From the NCBI RefSeq assembly GCF_009914755.1, contig NC_060939.1: a stretch of DNA of 64,000 bases; one strand, written 5' to 3'. Below are positions 33,390 through 48,210 of the stretch, piece by piece. Made by a program: the position numbers and the translations under genes. The notes below the pieces were generated by a model, which saw only the letters and a program-made list of their open reading frames with translations, did not search any database and was not told where the DNA came from. Position 1 is the first letter of the stretch. Each line of letters opens with the position of its first letter. Source of the stretch: the human T2T-CHM13v2.0 reference genome, Homo sapiens.

Positions 33390-33600
33390 AATGGCTTGAA
33401 TTAGAAACCCAGCATTTTAGCCCAGATTCTAACCCTGACTTCATCATGTGACCCTGGGCAAGTTCCTTCACTTCTTGAGTCTAGATTTTTGTATCTTTCA
33501 AGGAAATCAGAACAGCAATATCACTTTCTTCATAAGGCTATTGAGACATTTAAATGAGATGAGGTTCATCAAGTGTCTTAGCATGTAAAAGGTTTTATAA
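33390..33600 (+). mobile_element. MIR
   Basis: tgtgaccctgggcaagttccttcacttcttgagtc...taaatgagatgagg. Confidence 0.65.
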
Positions 33601-35142
33601 CACTATTCTGCAAATCTATTGGGAATGGATAGAAGATAATGGAGCTGGGGAGAGGGAAGGCAGAGGAAATTTGCAAAGTTTTACTCAAGTGATATAAATT
33701 CAAGTTTGCATGTATCCCCATTTTGAAAATGGAAATAGTGTCAAGATAACATAAATAATCTAAAGAGGACAGTTTGCTAATAATATGACCAGGGATTAGT
33801 GGGATGCAGGTGGGGTTGGCTGTGTTATTAGCAGACATATGGAATACTGGTGTCTTTTCAAACGTGTGGAGACTGGGCTCTCTCAAGAGTTGGAAAGAAG
33901 GGTACTATCATTTATTTTCCCCTTGAAAAACATCATGATGCTATAAGTAATCCAAATGGAACTAAAATGGTTAAAGTCACAAAGCAGCTCAGCATTCATT
34001 AGCAATTCAGGCTAAGGCAACGCACAAGCACTAATATTAACTATGGATCTTAGCCCTTGGAGTTGGAGAGCTGAACCCGGCTTCCTACAGACCAAACACT
34101 TACGCTAATAGAAGAGAAACTTTCTGAAAAAAAGGCAGCCAAATCTAAGAGACCTGTCAACACCAGGGTCATCAGCGTAGAGCTAACCAGGAAAGAGCTG
34201 AAATCAAAGGCTGTCTCTGCCTCCCCTACACACCCTGTTCAGTGGGAGCCCATGGTGGCCACAGCTCCTTTAACAATATTTATAATGAAGGAACAACGCT
34301 GGAGATGTCAACCCTGATTATTCATAAAGCTTCCTCCTGCTCAGATCCACCCTGGGGCTAACAGTAAAAGTACCTGATTCCCAATTCTCAAACACAAAAT
34401 CATACAGAGCTTGAAAGAGGAGCTGACTAATAAAGTTTGCATATCCCTAAGAAAAAGAGCATACAAGGAAGAAGAAAAGGAATGGCAAGATTAAACAAAA
34501 ACAGTAAGCTTGGATGGGACATGATAAAAATTTTAAAAGGCAAGAACGTAAATCTATTTTTTTCTTTTTCTTTTTTTTTAAATGTCCTTCTTCATTTACA
34601 TTTCAGTATAAGCCATTCGGAGGGAACAGCTGTTTTATCTCCTGACTAGAACACAGAGGTGCTTTGAACATTTACTGTGGGAGTGTAATGTTGCTAAACT
34701 CTGTTCTGGAGAGTGGTCTAGTGGCTTTAAACTGTAAGGAGAGGCAGAGGGAGGGCTTCATCTCTGGTTCTATTAGATAAAAAGGTCGCCAAAGCTAAGG
34801 CTTTGAGAACTCACTGAGGCGGGTTGTGTGGGAGTAATGGTGCCAACCAGCTCCAAAGTCGAAGCCTGGGCTCTGTGGCCCCCTTATTTCATGGCCAATT
34901 TATTCACTGGAGCTTTTCTTCTTAGTTTTCTCACTTGGGAAACAAGAATTATAATACTACTTTCCTTCTAGGATTGCTGAGAAGATTTAATCAAATAAGG
35001 AAAATAAAGTCCAGGGCCTGGATTAAGTGAGCACTTAACAAATGTCACTTATTTGGTGTTATTGTCAATCTTGACAAAATTTGTCAAGTAGAAATCAAAC
35101 TTTTTTTAATTTGGTGATTGTAATCAAGGAATGGCTTGAAAT

Positions 35143-35559
35143 TATGGTGTTTACTAATGTTGTTTGCCAAATATCCCAAGTCTTCTTTCCTCCCTGGCAA
35201 TGCTAGGCTAGGACAATACTTCCTAATCCCTTGTGTTTGGGTGGAGTCATGTGACTAGCTCTGGCCAATAGTTGTGAGAGAAAGTGCCCCTGTGTCCCTC
35301 CTAGGCCAGAGCATTTAATTGTCAGAGCAAGACCCTCCCAGGGCTCTCTTCCCATTGCCATGATACCTGCAAATGTTCAAAATGATGACTGTTCCCAACC
35401 TGGGCTCTGAGGTTAAGAGAAAGAGAACAAAGATCCTCTTTCCCACCTGCAATGGACTTGAAGAATTGGGGAGAAATAAGCCATTGTTGTTTTAAGCCAC
35501 TGAGGTATGATATGGGAGTTTGTTGCTGTAGTATGGCCTAGCCAGTGCTGACTGGAGCA
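35143..35559 (+). mobile_element. MLT1 (I/J-like) MaLR LTR
   Basis: catgtgactagctctggccaat...gaaataagccattgttgttttaagccactgag...gctgactggagca. Confidence 0.75.
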
Positions 35560-35903
35560 GAGCTGTTCTAATTTTGGTTGTTTTAGAATTAAAGAAATTT
35601 TGGCAAGCATGTACCATAAACTAATCCCTATGCTACATGTTTTCATATGTATTATCTACTTTAGTTTTTTACAAAAAAAAAAAATGTTTTAAAGGCCCTG
35701 AAATGGAAATCATCTCCATTTCACAGATACATATAAAGGAGACAAGAATGATTAATGAGTGCGTGTTCGTCTGCCTCCCTCCTCCTAATCTCCTTTTCTT
35801 ACTCTCCTAGGTGTTCTGGCTTTGCCAGCTTATTCTCCCATCTTCTAATTCAGAATCGTGCACACACACTCACTCACACAAATGATGTTTAAGAATGGGT
35901 GGT

Positions 35904-36532
<629 letters not shown>

Positions 36533-36985
36533 GAATGGGTAGAGAAGAGCAAGACTAGAGGGGCAAAATTAAATGTGGAAGAACATAGATGCTGAAAGCT
36601 AGATCCACCTACATAATAAAATGTGAGGAGAAAAGGAGGGGAAACTGCAGACTTGTTGTGAGGGGAGTTGGGTGCTGGGGTGAAAGTCGTGGGGTGAAGG
36701 TTGAGGAGTGAGATGCTCCAGAGCAGCTTCAAGGTGGAGAAGACAGAAAGGAGGGAGACAGGAGTTAAGGAAGTGCTAGCGGCTTTGAACTGTATCCCTT
36801 TTAACATTCGTTGAGCCATGAAAGTAAGTATTGGAGTCCTTTTTCGTTACTTTTGGATCCTGGACTATTCTTTATATGTAACTCCACAGTGGAGCTGAAA
36901 CCATAGAGAGTGCTGATTTTCTGAGGGTTTCACAGTGAAACTGATACAGAAAGATTGGATAGTGTGCCAAAAAGAAGAATTCCCA

Positions 36986-37242
36986 GCCAGGTAAGGTGGC
37001 TCCTGCCTGTAAGCCCAGCACTTTGGGAAGCCCAGGCAGGAGGATCACTTGAGCCAAGGAGTTTGAGACAGCCCAGGCAACATAGTGAGATATCGACAAA
37101 AAAAATTTTTTAATTAGCCAGGTGTGGTCATTCATACCTGTGGTCCCAGCTACTCAAGAGGCTGAGGCAAGAGGAATGGTTGAGCCCAGGAGTTCTTGCA
37201 CCACTGCACTCCAGCCTGGGTGACAGAGCAAGATCCTGCCTC
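36986..37242 (+). mobile_element. Alu (AluJ-like), right-arm deletion
   Basis: ggatcacttgagccaaggagtttgagacagcc; TSD aagaattccca at 36975-36985 and 37390-37400. Confidence 0.93.
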
Positions 37243-37389
37243 AAAGAAAAGAAGAAGGAGGAGGAGGAGGAGGAGAAGAAGAAGCAGCAGAAGCGGGAGA
37301 AGGAGAAGCAGAAGCAGAAGAAGCAGAATCAGAAGAAGCAGAAGAAGAAGAAGAAGAAGAAGCAGGAGCAGCAGCAGAAAAAGCAGAAA
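37243..37389 (+). repeat. Compound (GAA/GAG/GCA)n purine-rich triplet repeat derived from the Alu tail
   Basis: About 147 bp of gaa/gga/gca units between the Alu body and its TSD. Confidence 0.95.
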
Positions 37390-40300
37390 AAGAATTCCCA
37401 CTATAAAACAGCAGATATCTCATCTCTGGGTTGGCTGCCCTGCAATCTTCCCCATACTCCCTTGTTGATACTTTTTTCTTTTAGAATCCCACAACATCTG
37501 AGCAGTGCCTTCCAGAGCACACAGCACTCAACTGGATTGGATCCTCATTTCTGAAATGAAGAGACTGCAGCTCAGTGAATATAAGCAACTTGCACAAGGG
37601 TCTAGCCTGCAGTAAGTGGCAGAGCTAAAGCCTATGGTCTTTTCACCACCCCATGCTACCACATCTCTCAAACCCTGTCTCCCAGGAAAACTGTTGCCTA
37701 TCATTTAAGGCTTAAATGAAGTCAAAATCTTTCACAAAACCTTCATGGAGTACCTTAGCCTTAAACAAATCCCTTTCTCCCTTCCCAAATTCTATAGGTC
37801 CGTACAGACAGTACAATGCCATTTATATTGTCCTAGATATTTCACTGTTGTTTTGTCCGTTCAAATTTTATCTCTCTGACAAGATTACAGGGTCGTTACA
37901 TAGAAATTTGTGTTTTTTCTTTATTGCTGCAAAATCCACTTAAGTTCCAAGCATAGATGAGGCACTCAACAAAGGCATGGACAATTGATTCTAATTTCTT
38001 TTGGGTTGTCACCAAAGTTAAGGATCTAAAAAGTTCGACTCGTAAGGACTGTTGCTTTGGGATCAGCCTTAGGACAAGTCTTAACTTAAGACTTGTGGCT
38101 TTGATATTTGGTGGTCCAGAAAATCATAATAGGGAGTTAACCAAAAGGAGGAAGACAGTACAGACTATAGCTTATGTACTTCACTGATCAAAACTTACCA
38201 AAGCTATTTCCATTACTGATTCACCAACTTTCAGACGTTTGCTAAATAGAGCTGATTCTTGTCTATAAGTAGTTAAAGAGTTGTGAAAAAATATAAACAA
38301 ACATTTAAAAGAATTGGGTAGACACATTATCCTAAACTTATTGAGGAAAGTATGTTTATGAGACTAAAGTTAAAGGAATATTGGACATTGATAAATATCA
38401 AATTACATTTAATTACCAAACTACTCTTATTTTTTAAACATGTAAACGTTGTTAAGTTCACATAACTGAGCAAAATATGAAATTTGAGTGTTTGAGTTTC
38501 TGTTTTTCGAGGTAACATGTCACTCACTTAGAAACAAACATATTCAATTTGTGGTAGCTTTTTGGATGAATCTTTAGGGTTTTCTAGGTAAACAATCAAT
38601 CAGTGAATAGCAAAAGTTTGACTTCCTCTTTACTGATTTGGATACTCTTTATTTCTATCTCTTGTCTGATTGCTCTGGCTAGGACTTCCTGTACTATATT
38701 GAATAGAAGTGGTAAAAGTGGGCCTCCTTGTCTTATTCCAGTTCTCAGGGGGAATTCTTTCAACTTTTCCCCATTCAGTATAATGTTGGCTGTGAGTTTG
38801 TCATATATGGCTTTTATTACCTTAAAAGGTTTTTCTTCTATACCAATTTTGCTGAGGGTTTTAATCATACAGGGATGCTGGATTTTGTCAAACGCATTTT
38901 CTGCATCTATTGAGATGATCATGTGATGTTTGCTTTTAGTTCTGTTTATGTGGTGTATCACATTTATTGACTTGCAAATGTTAAACCGTCTCTGCATCCC
39001 TGGTATGAAACCCACTTGAGCATGGTGGATTACCTTTTGGATATGCTGTTGGATTCATTTAGCTAGAATTTTGTTAAGGATTTTTGTATCCATGATCATC
39101 AGGGATATTGGTCTATAGTTTTCCTTTTTTGTTATGCTCTTTCCTAGTTTTGGTATTAGGGTGATACTGGCTTCATGGAGTGATTTAGGAAGGATTCCCT
39201 CTTTCTCTATCTTTTGGAATAGTGTCAACAGGATTGGTACCAATTCTTCTTTGAATGTCTGATAGAATTCAGCTGTGAATCCATCTGGTCCTGGACTTTT
39301 TTGGAGACAATTTTTAAATTACCATTTCAATCTCGCTGCTTGTTATTTGTTCAGGATTTCTATTTCTTCCTGCTTTAATTTAGGATGGTTGAATATTTCC
39401 AGGAGTTTATCCATCTCCTCTAGGTTTTCAAGCTTGTGCACATAAAATTGTTCATAGTAGTCTTGAATAATCTTTCATGTTCCTGTGGTATCAGTTGTAA
39501 TAGCTCTCACTTCGTTTCTAATTGAGCTTATTTGGATCTCCTCTCTTCTTTTCTTGATTAATCTCGCTAACAGTCTATCAATTTTATCTTTTCAAAGAAC
39601 CAGCTTTTATTTTCATTTATCTTTCGTAACTTTTTTTGTTTCAATTTCATTTAATTCTGTTCTGATCTTTGTTATTTTTTTTTCTTCTGCTGCGTTTGGG
39701 TTTGGTTTGTTCTCATTTCTCTAGTTCCTCGACGTGTGACCTTAGATTGTCTATTTGTGCTCTCTGAGACTTTTTGATGTAGGCATTTAATGCTATGAAC
39801 TTTCCTCTTAGCACCACTTTTGCTGAATCCAAGAGGTTTTGATAGGTTGTGTCACTATCATAGTTCGGTTCAAAACTTTTTAAAATTTCCATCTTGATTT
39901 CATTGTCGACCCAATAATAACTCAGGAGCAGATTATTTAATTTCCATGAATTTTCATGGTTTTGAGGGTTCCTTTTGGAGTTGATTTCCAATTTTATTCC
40001 ACTGTGGTCTGACAGAGTATTTGATATAATTTTGATTTTCTTAAATTTATTGAGACTTGTTTTGTGGCCTATCATATGGTCTATCTTGGAGAATGTTTCA
40101 TGTGCTGATTAATAGAATGTATATTGTACAGTTGTTGGGTAGAATGTTCTGTAAATATCTGTTAAGTCCATTTGCTCTAGGATATAGTTTAAATCCATTT
40201 TTTCTTCGTTGACATTCTGTTTTGATGACCTAGTGCTATCAGTGGAGTACTGAAGTCCCTCACTATTATTATGCTTCCATCTATCTCATTTCTTAGGTCT

Positions 40301-41351
40301 AGTAACAATTGTTTTATAAATTTGGGACCTCCAGTATTAAGTGCATATATATTTAAGATTGTGATATTTTCCCGTTGGACTAGTCCTTTCATCATTACAT
40401 AATGTCCCTCTTTGTCTTTTTTAACTGTTGTTGCTTTAAAGTCTGTTTTGTCTGATATAAGAATAGCTATTCCTACTCGCTTTTGGTGTTCGTTTGCATG
40501 GGATGTTTTTTCTACCCCTTTACCATAAGTTTATATGAGTCCTTATGTGTTGGGTGAGTCTCTTGAACACAGCACTTATTGGTTGGTGAATTCTTATCCA
40601 ATCTGCCATTCTGTACCTTCTAAGTGGAGCACTTAGGCCATTAACATTATGCATTAATTTTGAGATGTGAGGTACTATTCTATTCATCATGCTAGTTGTT
40701 GCCTGAATACCTTGGTGTGTTTTTTTTTCCCCCCCACTGTGTTATTGTTTTATAGGTCCTGTGAGACTTATGCTTTAAGGAGGTTCTGTTTTGGTGTATT
40801 TCGAGGTTTTGTTTCATGATTCCTGCTCCTTTCAGCAGTTCTGGTAGCGCTGGCTTAGTAGTGGCAAATTCTCTTAGCATTTGTTTGTCTGAAAAAGACT
40901 ATATCTCTCCCTCATTTATAAAGCTCAGTTTTGCTGGATACAAAATTCTTGGCTGATCATTGTTTTGTTTAAGGAGGCTAAAGATATGACCTCAATTCTT
41001 TCTAGTGTGTAGGATTTCTTCTGAGAAATCTGCTGTTAATCTGATAGGTTTTCCTTTATAGGTTACTTGATACTGCCTCACAACTCTTAAGATTCTTTCT
41101 TTTGTCTTTACTTTAGATAACCTAATGACTATGTGCCTAAGCAAAGATCTTTTTCCGAGGTATGTCCCGGGTATTCTTTGAGCTTCTTGGATTTGGATGT
41201 CTACATCTCTAGAGAGGCCAGGGAAGTTTTCCTCAATTACTCCTTCAAATAAGTTTTCCGAACTTTTAGATTTCCCTTCTTTCTCAGGAACACTAATTAT
41301 TCTTATGTTTGGTCATTTAATATTATCCCAAATTTCTTAGAGGTTTTGTTC

Positions 41352-41984
<633 letters not shown>

Positions 41985-43660
41985 TAATTCTTTTTTCTTT
42001 GTCTGTCAGATAGGTTAATTTGAAAGCCTTGTCTTAGAGCTCTGAAGTTCTTTCTTCTGCTTGTTTGATTCTATTGTTGGAATTTGCCAGTGTATCTTGC
42101 ATTTCCCCAATAGTGTCCTTCATCTCCAAAAGTTGTGACTGTTTTTTATTTATGCTCTCTATTTCTCTGGAGATTTTTCCATCCATATCCTGTACCATTT
42201 TTAAATTTCTTTAAGTTGATATTCACATTTCTCTGGTGCCTCCTTGAGTAGCTTAATAATCGACCTTCTGAATTCTTTTTCTGGCAATTCAGAGATTTCT
42301 TCTTTGGTTGTATCCATTGCTGGTGAACTAGTCTGATCTTCTGGGGATGTTAATGAACCTTGTTTTATCATATTATCAGAATTGTTTTTCTGGTTTCTCT
42401 CATTTGGGTAGACTATGTCAGAGGAAAGAGCCGGGGCTCAAGGCTGCTGTTCAGATTCTTTTCTCCCACAGGGTGCTCCGTTGATGTGGTGCTCTCTCCC
42501 TTCCCCTAGGGATGGGGCTTCCTGAGAGCCGGACTGCAGTGATTATTATTTCTCTTCTGGGTCTAGCCTCCCAGTGGAGCTACCAGGCTCTGGGATGGTA
42601 CTGGGGAGTATCTGCAAGGAGCCCAGTGATGTGATCCATCTTCAAGTCTCTCAGTCATGGATACCAGCACCTGCTCCAGTGGAGGTAGCAGAGTAATGAA
42701 GTGGACTCTGTGAGGGTCTTTGGTTGAAGTTTTGTTTAGCGTGCTAGTTTTCTTGGATGCTGGTTGTGTTGGTAGTAAAGGTGTCACGTAGACAGAATTA
42801 GGACCTCTGGTGGTAGCCAGGATGTTGCAGGTGGTGGAGTTAGCTGCTGCTTTCTCCTTTCTTGGGACAGGGTTGTTCTTTCATGGGTTGCTGTAATGGT
42901 TTGTGTTAGTTGGCCTCCAGCTAGGAGGTGGCACTTTCAAGAGAGCATCAGCTGTGGTAGTATAGGGAGGATACAAGCTTGCTCTAGAGTCACCCAGATA
43001 TGTATTCCCAGGCAGTGGGCAGGGTCATAGAGCTTTCAAGAGATTATGTCTTTTTTCTTCAGCTACCAAGGCAATAGAGAAAGATCGTCAGGTGGGGATA
43101 GGGTTATGGGGATCTGAGCTCAGGCTTTCCTTGGGCAGGGCTTGCAGTGGCCACTGTGGGGGATGGGGATGTGGTTCTCAGGCCAATGGAGTTATGCTCC
43201 TATGGGGATTGTGGCTGCCTCTGCTGCATCACACAGGTTGCCAGGGAAGTGATGGAAAGCCAGCAGCGACAGGCCTCAATCAAAGCCCACACAGACAGAA
43301 AGGCCAGTCTCACTCCCACTGTGTTCTCCAACAGCACTGAGTTTATATCCAGGCAGCTGGTGAGCAGGCCTGAGATCTTGACCCAGGCTTCAAGCCTCCT
43401 CATTGAGAAAGCAAGCACGGCTTTCAGGCTTCGCCCTTCCCCACCACTGCTTCTGCGCTTGTATCTGCACTTCCCATTCAGCCCCCAACTTCCAGATTCT
43501 GCCCTGGAAAATTCACACATGGTCAAAATTATTACAAATTTCAGCTGGAAGTTTCCTTCTCTCTGTGGTCTTTCCCCAGTTCCACTGACAACCCTCCCCA
43601 AGGGTCCCAGTGAGATAAAGTCAGAAATGGATTCCCTGGGCTTCCTTAGGGGCTGGGAGT

Positions 43661-44012
43661 GCCAAAGGCCTGAGAGCCCCTGGCAAACCACTGGTGTAAG
43701 TCCAAGAGTCCAAAAGCTGAAGAATTTGGAGTCTGATGTTCAAGGTCACGGAGCATCCAGCATGGCAGAAAAATGAAGGCCAGAAGACTCAACGAGTCTG
43801 CTCTTTCCATTTTCTTCCGCCTGCTTTATTCTAGCTGTGCTGTGCTGGCAGCTGATTAGATGGTACCCACCCAGATTGAGAGTGGGTCTGCATCGCCCAG
43901 TCCACGGACTCAACTGTTAATCTTGTTTGGCAACACCCTCACAGACACACCCAGGAACAATACTTTGCATCCTTCATTCCAATCAAGTTGACACTCAATA
44001 CTAACCATCACA
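43661..44012 (-). mobile_element. MLT2A-like (ERVL) LTR, truncated
   Basis: gtccaaaagctgaagaatttggagtctgatgttc...caatcaagttgacactcaatactaaccatcaca. Confidence 0.9.
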
Positions 44013-44407
44013 AAAATCAAAGATGTTCCTAGATACTGCATGCTCCCCTGTGAAGAAGTAAATGCCATTAATTCGATGGAAGGGAAATCACAAGACAATT
44101 ATGATCTTGGCAACAATACTGATTTAACATTTTAAAAACACCATTCCCATTACATGTTTATTATTTCATATAATTCTCACACTGAAAAAAAATTTTCCCA
44201 TTTTGGTGGGGAAGAATTGGCTTTAGGATGCACCTTGCCAATAATCACATGGCCAATAATTAATGGCAAAGACAGGATTACAACCCCTGTTCTAACTCCA
44301 AAGCTGGAATCCTTAAACACTCATAGAACTCTATTTTGACTAATCATGGTATTAGTAAAATAGAACCATAAAAAGAATATTAAAATTCAGACCTAAGGCT
44401 CAGTCCA

Positions 44408-44690
<283 letters not shown>

Positions 44691-44694
44691 CCCT

Positions 44695-44820
44695 TGATAT
44701 ACAGGCCCCACTGCAGACCAATTAAATAAAATTCTCTGGGAGTGGAACCCAGGTACTGGTGCAGCCTAAAAGTTCTGCAAATGATTCTAACTAATGTCCA
44801 CCCAGGGTTAAGAGCCATAC
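44695..44820. mobile_element. MER5-like (hAT-Charlie) fragment
   Basis: aggccccactgcagaccaattaaat...tctctgggagtggaacccagg...atgattcta...gggttaagagcca. Confidence 0.6.
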
Positions 44821-45359
44821 CAGTGTTTTATTTTCTCCTCAGCCTTTTCCAGTGCTTCTGACAAAAAGCACAACTGTCTGGTTTTGCAAGCTTGTGCTCT
44901 ATTTAGGTATCGCTGCCAAGGTGAAAAAGGTAAAACAGTTAAAGACAGGCAGTTTGCAGAGGAGATAAAAGCAAAAGGCCCTAAAATTCAGAATTAAATC
45001 GAGGTGATAAGTTATGCAATACTAGAAAGGGCCTTAAATTGCTAGTGTTCAAATTCATTAAGCTTTCTGAAGATTACATGGACTCTTTTAGAAAATATCA
45101 GCTGGTAATCTGTTGTACCTGATCATATCAATAAATAGATGCCTTTTGGATTCTGTCTCTACACACAAATCATATGAGGCAGAAGACAACAAATTACTTC
45201 AAAGTGCACGATATTTTTAATGTAACCAACCACTTAACTCATTTTTTGCCTGATTTTAATTCATTCCATCCTTACCCCTCCAAAATTGGTACATGTATGC
45301 AGATATGATCAGAGTCATTTTAATAAATGTCTGGCATTGATCAAAGGAAATATCTGGTG

Positions 45360-46370
45360 ACTTTTGTTAATTAACTAAAGTCCGTAGTTTAAGATTCACA
45401 CCTTGTGTTGTATAGTTTTATGGGTTTTGACAAATGCATAATGTCATGTATCCACCATTACAGTATCACATAGAATATTTCCACCACCCTAAAATTCCTC
45501 TCTGTTTTACCTATGTATCCCCGCTCCTCTGACATTTTCCCCTCAAACCCTCTGGCAAAACTGATATTTTTACTGTCTCTGCAATTTTATCTTTGCTAGA
45601 ATGTCATGTAGTTGGAATCATACGGTTTGTTGCCTTTTCACACTGTTTTGTTTCACTTAGGAATATGCACTTAAGATTCTTCCATGTCTTTTCACAGCTT
45701 GATAGCTCATTTATTTTCTTGTTCCTCAATATATAATTCCGGAATGCTCCTATTTCCTTTCAGTACTTTAAAGACCTCATTCCATTAACTCCTGACTTCC
45801 ATTATTCATGCTGAAAAGTTAGCTGTATGTCTTATCGTTGTTTGTTGAAATAATTTCTTTCTGTAGTTGCTTTTAAGATTTTTCTCTTTGCCTTTGGTTT
45901 CTACAGTTGTATTAAGAGGGGCCTAGATGAATTTTATTTAAATTTATTCTATTTGGGGATTCATAAACCTTTTTAATTTTAGCTGACTTCATATCTTTTC
46001 TCATTTTTGGAAACCTTGCTTGGTAGCTCTTCAAACATTGGTTCTACCACATTATCTCCCTCTTTTCATTTATAAATTTTAACTGAAAATATTCCACTTT
46101 GTTCCATATGTCTCTTACATTTATGCTTTATTTTATACATTTTTTCTCCATGTTCTTGTCCGAATATTTTCTATTGACCTGTCTTCCAGTTCATTGCTCA
46201 TCTCTTTCACAGTCTAATGTGCTGTTAAATCCATATATGAAGCTTTTAATTTCACTTACTATATTTTTATTTTTATAATTTCCACTTAATTATGTTTTAT
46301 AAATTCTCATTTTCTGGTAAAATTTTCAATTTTAATATCTGTTCTTTAACATACTAATCACAGTAATTTT
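45360..46370 (-). mobile_element. Old L1M fragments (L1MC 3' end 45360-45730; L1ME ORF1-like 45740-46370)
   Basis: tgggttttgacaaatgcataatgtcatgtatccaccattacagtatc; ctagaatgtcatgtagttggaatcatac. Confidence 0.7.
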
Positions 46371-46699
46371 TAAATAAACTTTTTCATTTTAAAAGTTTTA
46401 GATTTACAGAAAAATTACAAAGATAGTACAAAAAGCCTCCATATACCTCACACTATAATTAACATCCAACATGGCCTTGGGGTATAGAAACATTTCTTAA
46501 ACAAGATTCAACAAGCAGAAATTATTAAGAAAAAGTGATCCATAAATTTGACTATACTAAATTTTAAATTTTGCATAGCAAAAAAATACCAGGAGATAAA
46601 AACATAAGATAAAGATAAGGAGAAAACATTTTCAAATATAACTAACAAGGAATTAATAAATTATCTTTCTTTAAAACTTCCTCAAGAATGCTTATACAC

Positions 46700-46822
46700 T
46701 ATACTGCTCAGGTGATGGGTGCACCAAAATCTCAGAAATCACCACAAAAGAATTTGTTTATGTGACCGACACCACCTGTTCCCAAAAACCTATGGAAATA
46801 AAAAATTCAAAACATTATAAAA
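46700..46822 (+). mobile_element. Very short L1PB1-like 3' end inserted into L1PA16
   Basis: actgctcaggtgatgggtgcaccaaaatctcagaaatcacc; flanked by aat(g/a)cttatacac at 46687-46699 and 46823-46835. Confidence 0.85.
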
Positions 46823-47470
46823 AATACTTATACACCGTTGGTAGGAATGTAAATTAGTTCAGCCACTGTAGAAAACAGTTTGGAGATTTATCAAAGAACT
46901 TAAAACAGAACTACCATTCAACCCATCAATCTCATTACTAGGTATATATCCAAAAGAAAAGCCATTCTACCAAAAACATGCATGTGTGTGTATGTTTATG
47001 ATAGCACTATTCACAATAGCAAAGACATGGAACCAACCTAGGTACCCATCAATGATGGACTGGATAAAGAAAATGTGGTATATATACACCATGGAATACT
47101 AAACAGTCACAAAAAAGAAAAAATCATATCCTTTACAACAACATGGATGCAGGTTAGAGGCTATTGTCCTAAGTGAATTAATGCAGGAAAAGAAAATAAA
47201 ATATCATATGTTCTCACTTCTAAGAGAGCTAAACACTGGATGCTCATGGACATAAAGATGGCAACAAGAGACACTTGGGATTACTAGGTGGGAAAGGATG
47301 GGAGAGGGGCAAGAGTTGCAAAACTAACTATTGGTACTATACTCACTACTTGGGTGACAGGATTAATCATACCCCAAATATCAGCATCATGCTGTGTACA
47401 TGTAACAAACGTACACATGTACCCCCAAATCTAAAATAAAAGTGGTAATTATAAATTAAATAAAATAAAT
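46823..47470 (+). mobile_element. L1PA15/16-like 3' end
   Basis: gcactattcacaatagcaaagacatggaaccaacc...ggacataaagatggcaacaagagacac...aatctaaaataaaag. Confidence 0.88.
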
Positions 47471-47479
47471 CTCCCTTAA

Positions 47480-48210
47480 ATTAATAATAAAAATTAATTC
47501 AGTTCACAGTTGAGGGGAACAGAATGGTCAAGTAACAAAATGATGCTTAACTTTGGTAGTAATCAAAAAATGTAAATTTTTAAAACTCCTCAAATAGACA
47601 AAAAATTTAAAGCCCAGCAATATCACATAATGGCAGAGATGTAGAACAATAGGAGCTCTGATATAATGCTCATTTTTATCTTTTAACAAAAAGGCTTTGG
47701 AGAGTAATTTAGCAAAATTCTGTAAAAGTGGAGCTGTGTATATTCTAAAACCCAAGAGTCTCTAGGTGTCTGTTCTACTGAAAATCTTGCATATAAGCAC
47801 AACAGACATGTACAAGGGTTATATAGCAATTATTTATAATAGTTAAAAATTAGAAACAACCTCAAGATGCCTCAATAAGAGGATCACTGAATCCTGTTAT
47901 TTAAGTGGAATTATATTCTATATAAAATTGAATTCTATTCATTCAGTGAAATGGTACATAGTAGTTAAAATATTGATCCCACCATATGTGAATCAACAGA
48001 CAAATCTCAAAAACCAAATAGTGACTGGAAAAAGTATGCTGTTTTTTGTAAATGTTTTTTGTGTTTAAAACACACAAAAATGTTACAAACATAACATGTT
48101 ATTTAGTTTAAAATGGAAAGTGAAGAGAAATGGAAAAGAAAATATATGAAGTACATATCACAAAAAATATCAAAATTGTGTGTGCTTGAAATGCTTCATG
48201 ATTTTTTAAC
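47480..48210 (+). mobile_element. L1ME-like 3' region, degraded
   Basis: atagcaattatttataatagttaaaaattagaaacaacctc. Confidence 0.55.

Noticed and set aside
37150-37554. Poly-Leu, Arg/Ser-rich and Lys/Glu-rich ORFs
   Set aside because: Translations of the Alu-tail triplet repeat.
43147-43776. Longest ORF in the track (209 aa) and overlapping 163-aa antisense ORF
   Set aside because: GTG start, lies in the L1PB 5'UTR and crosses into MLT2A, with no recognisable domain; chance ORF in GC-richer TE sequence.
46823-47470. Possible missing 3' half of the antisense L1PB (inversion)
   Set aside because: It looks like a different subfamily (L1PA15/16-type 3'UTR), is separated by several unrelated elements, and shares no TSD.
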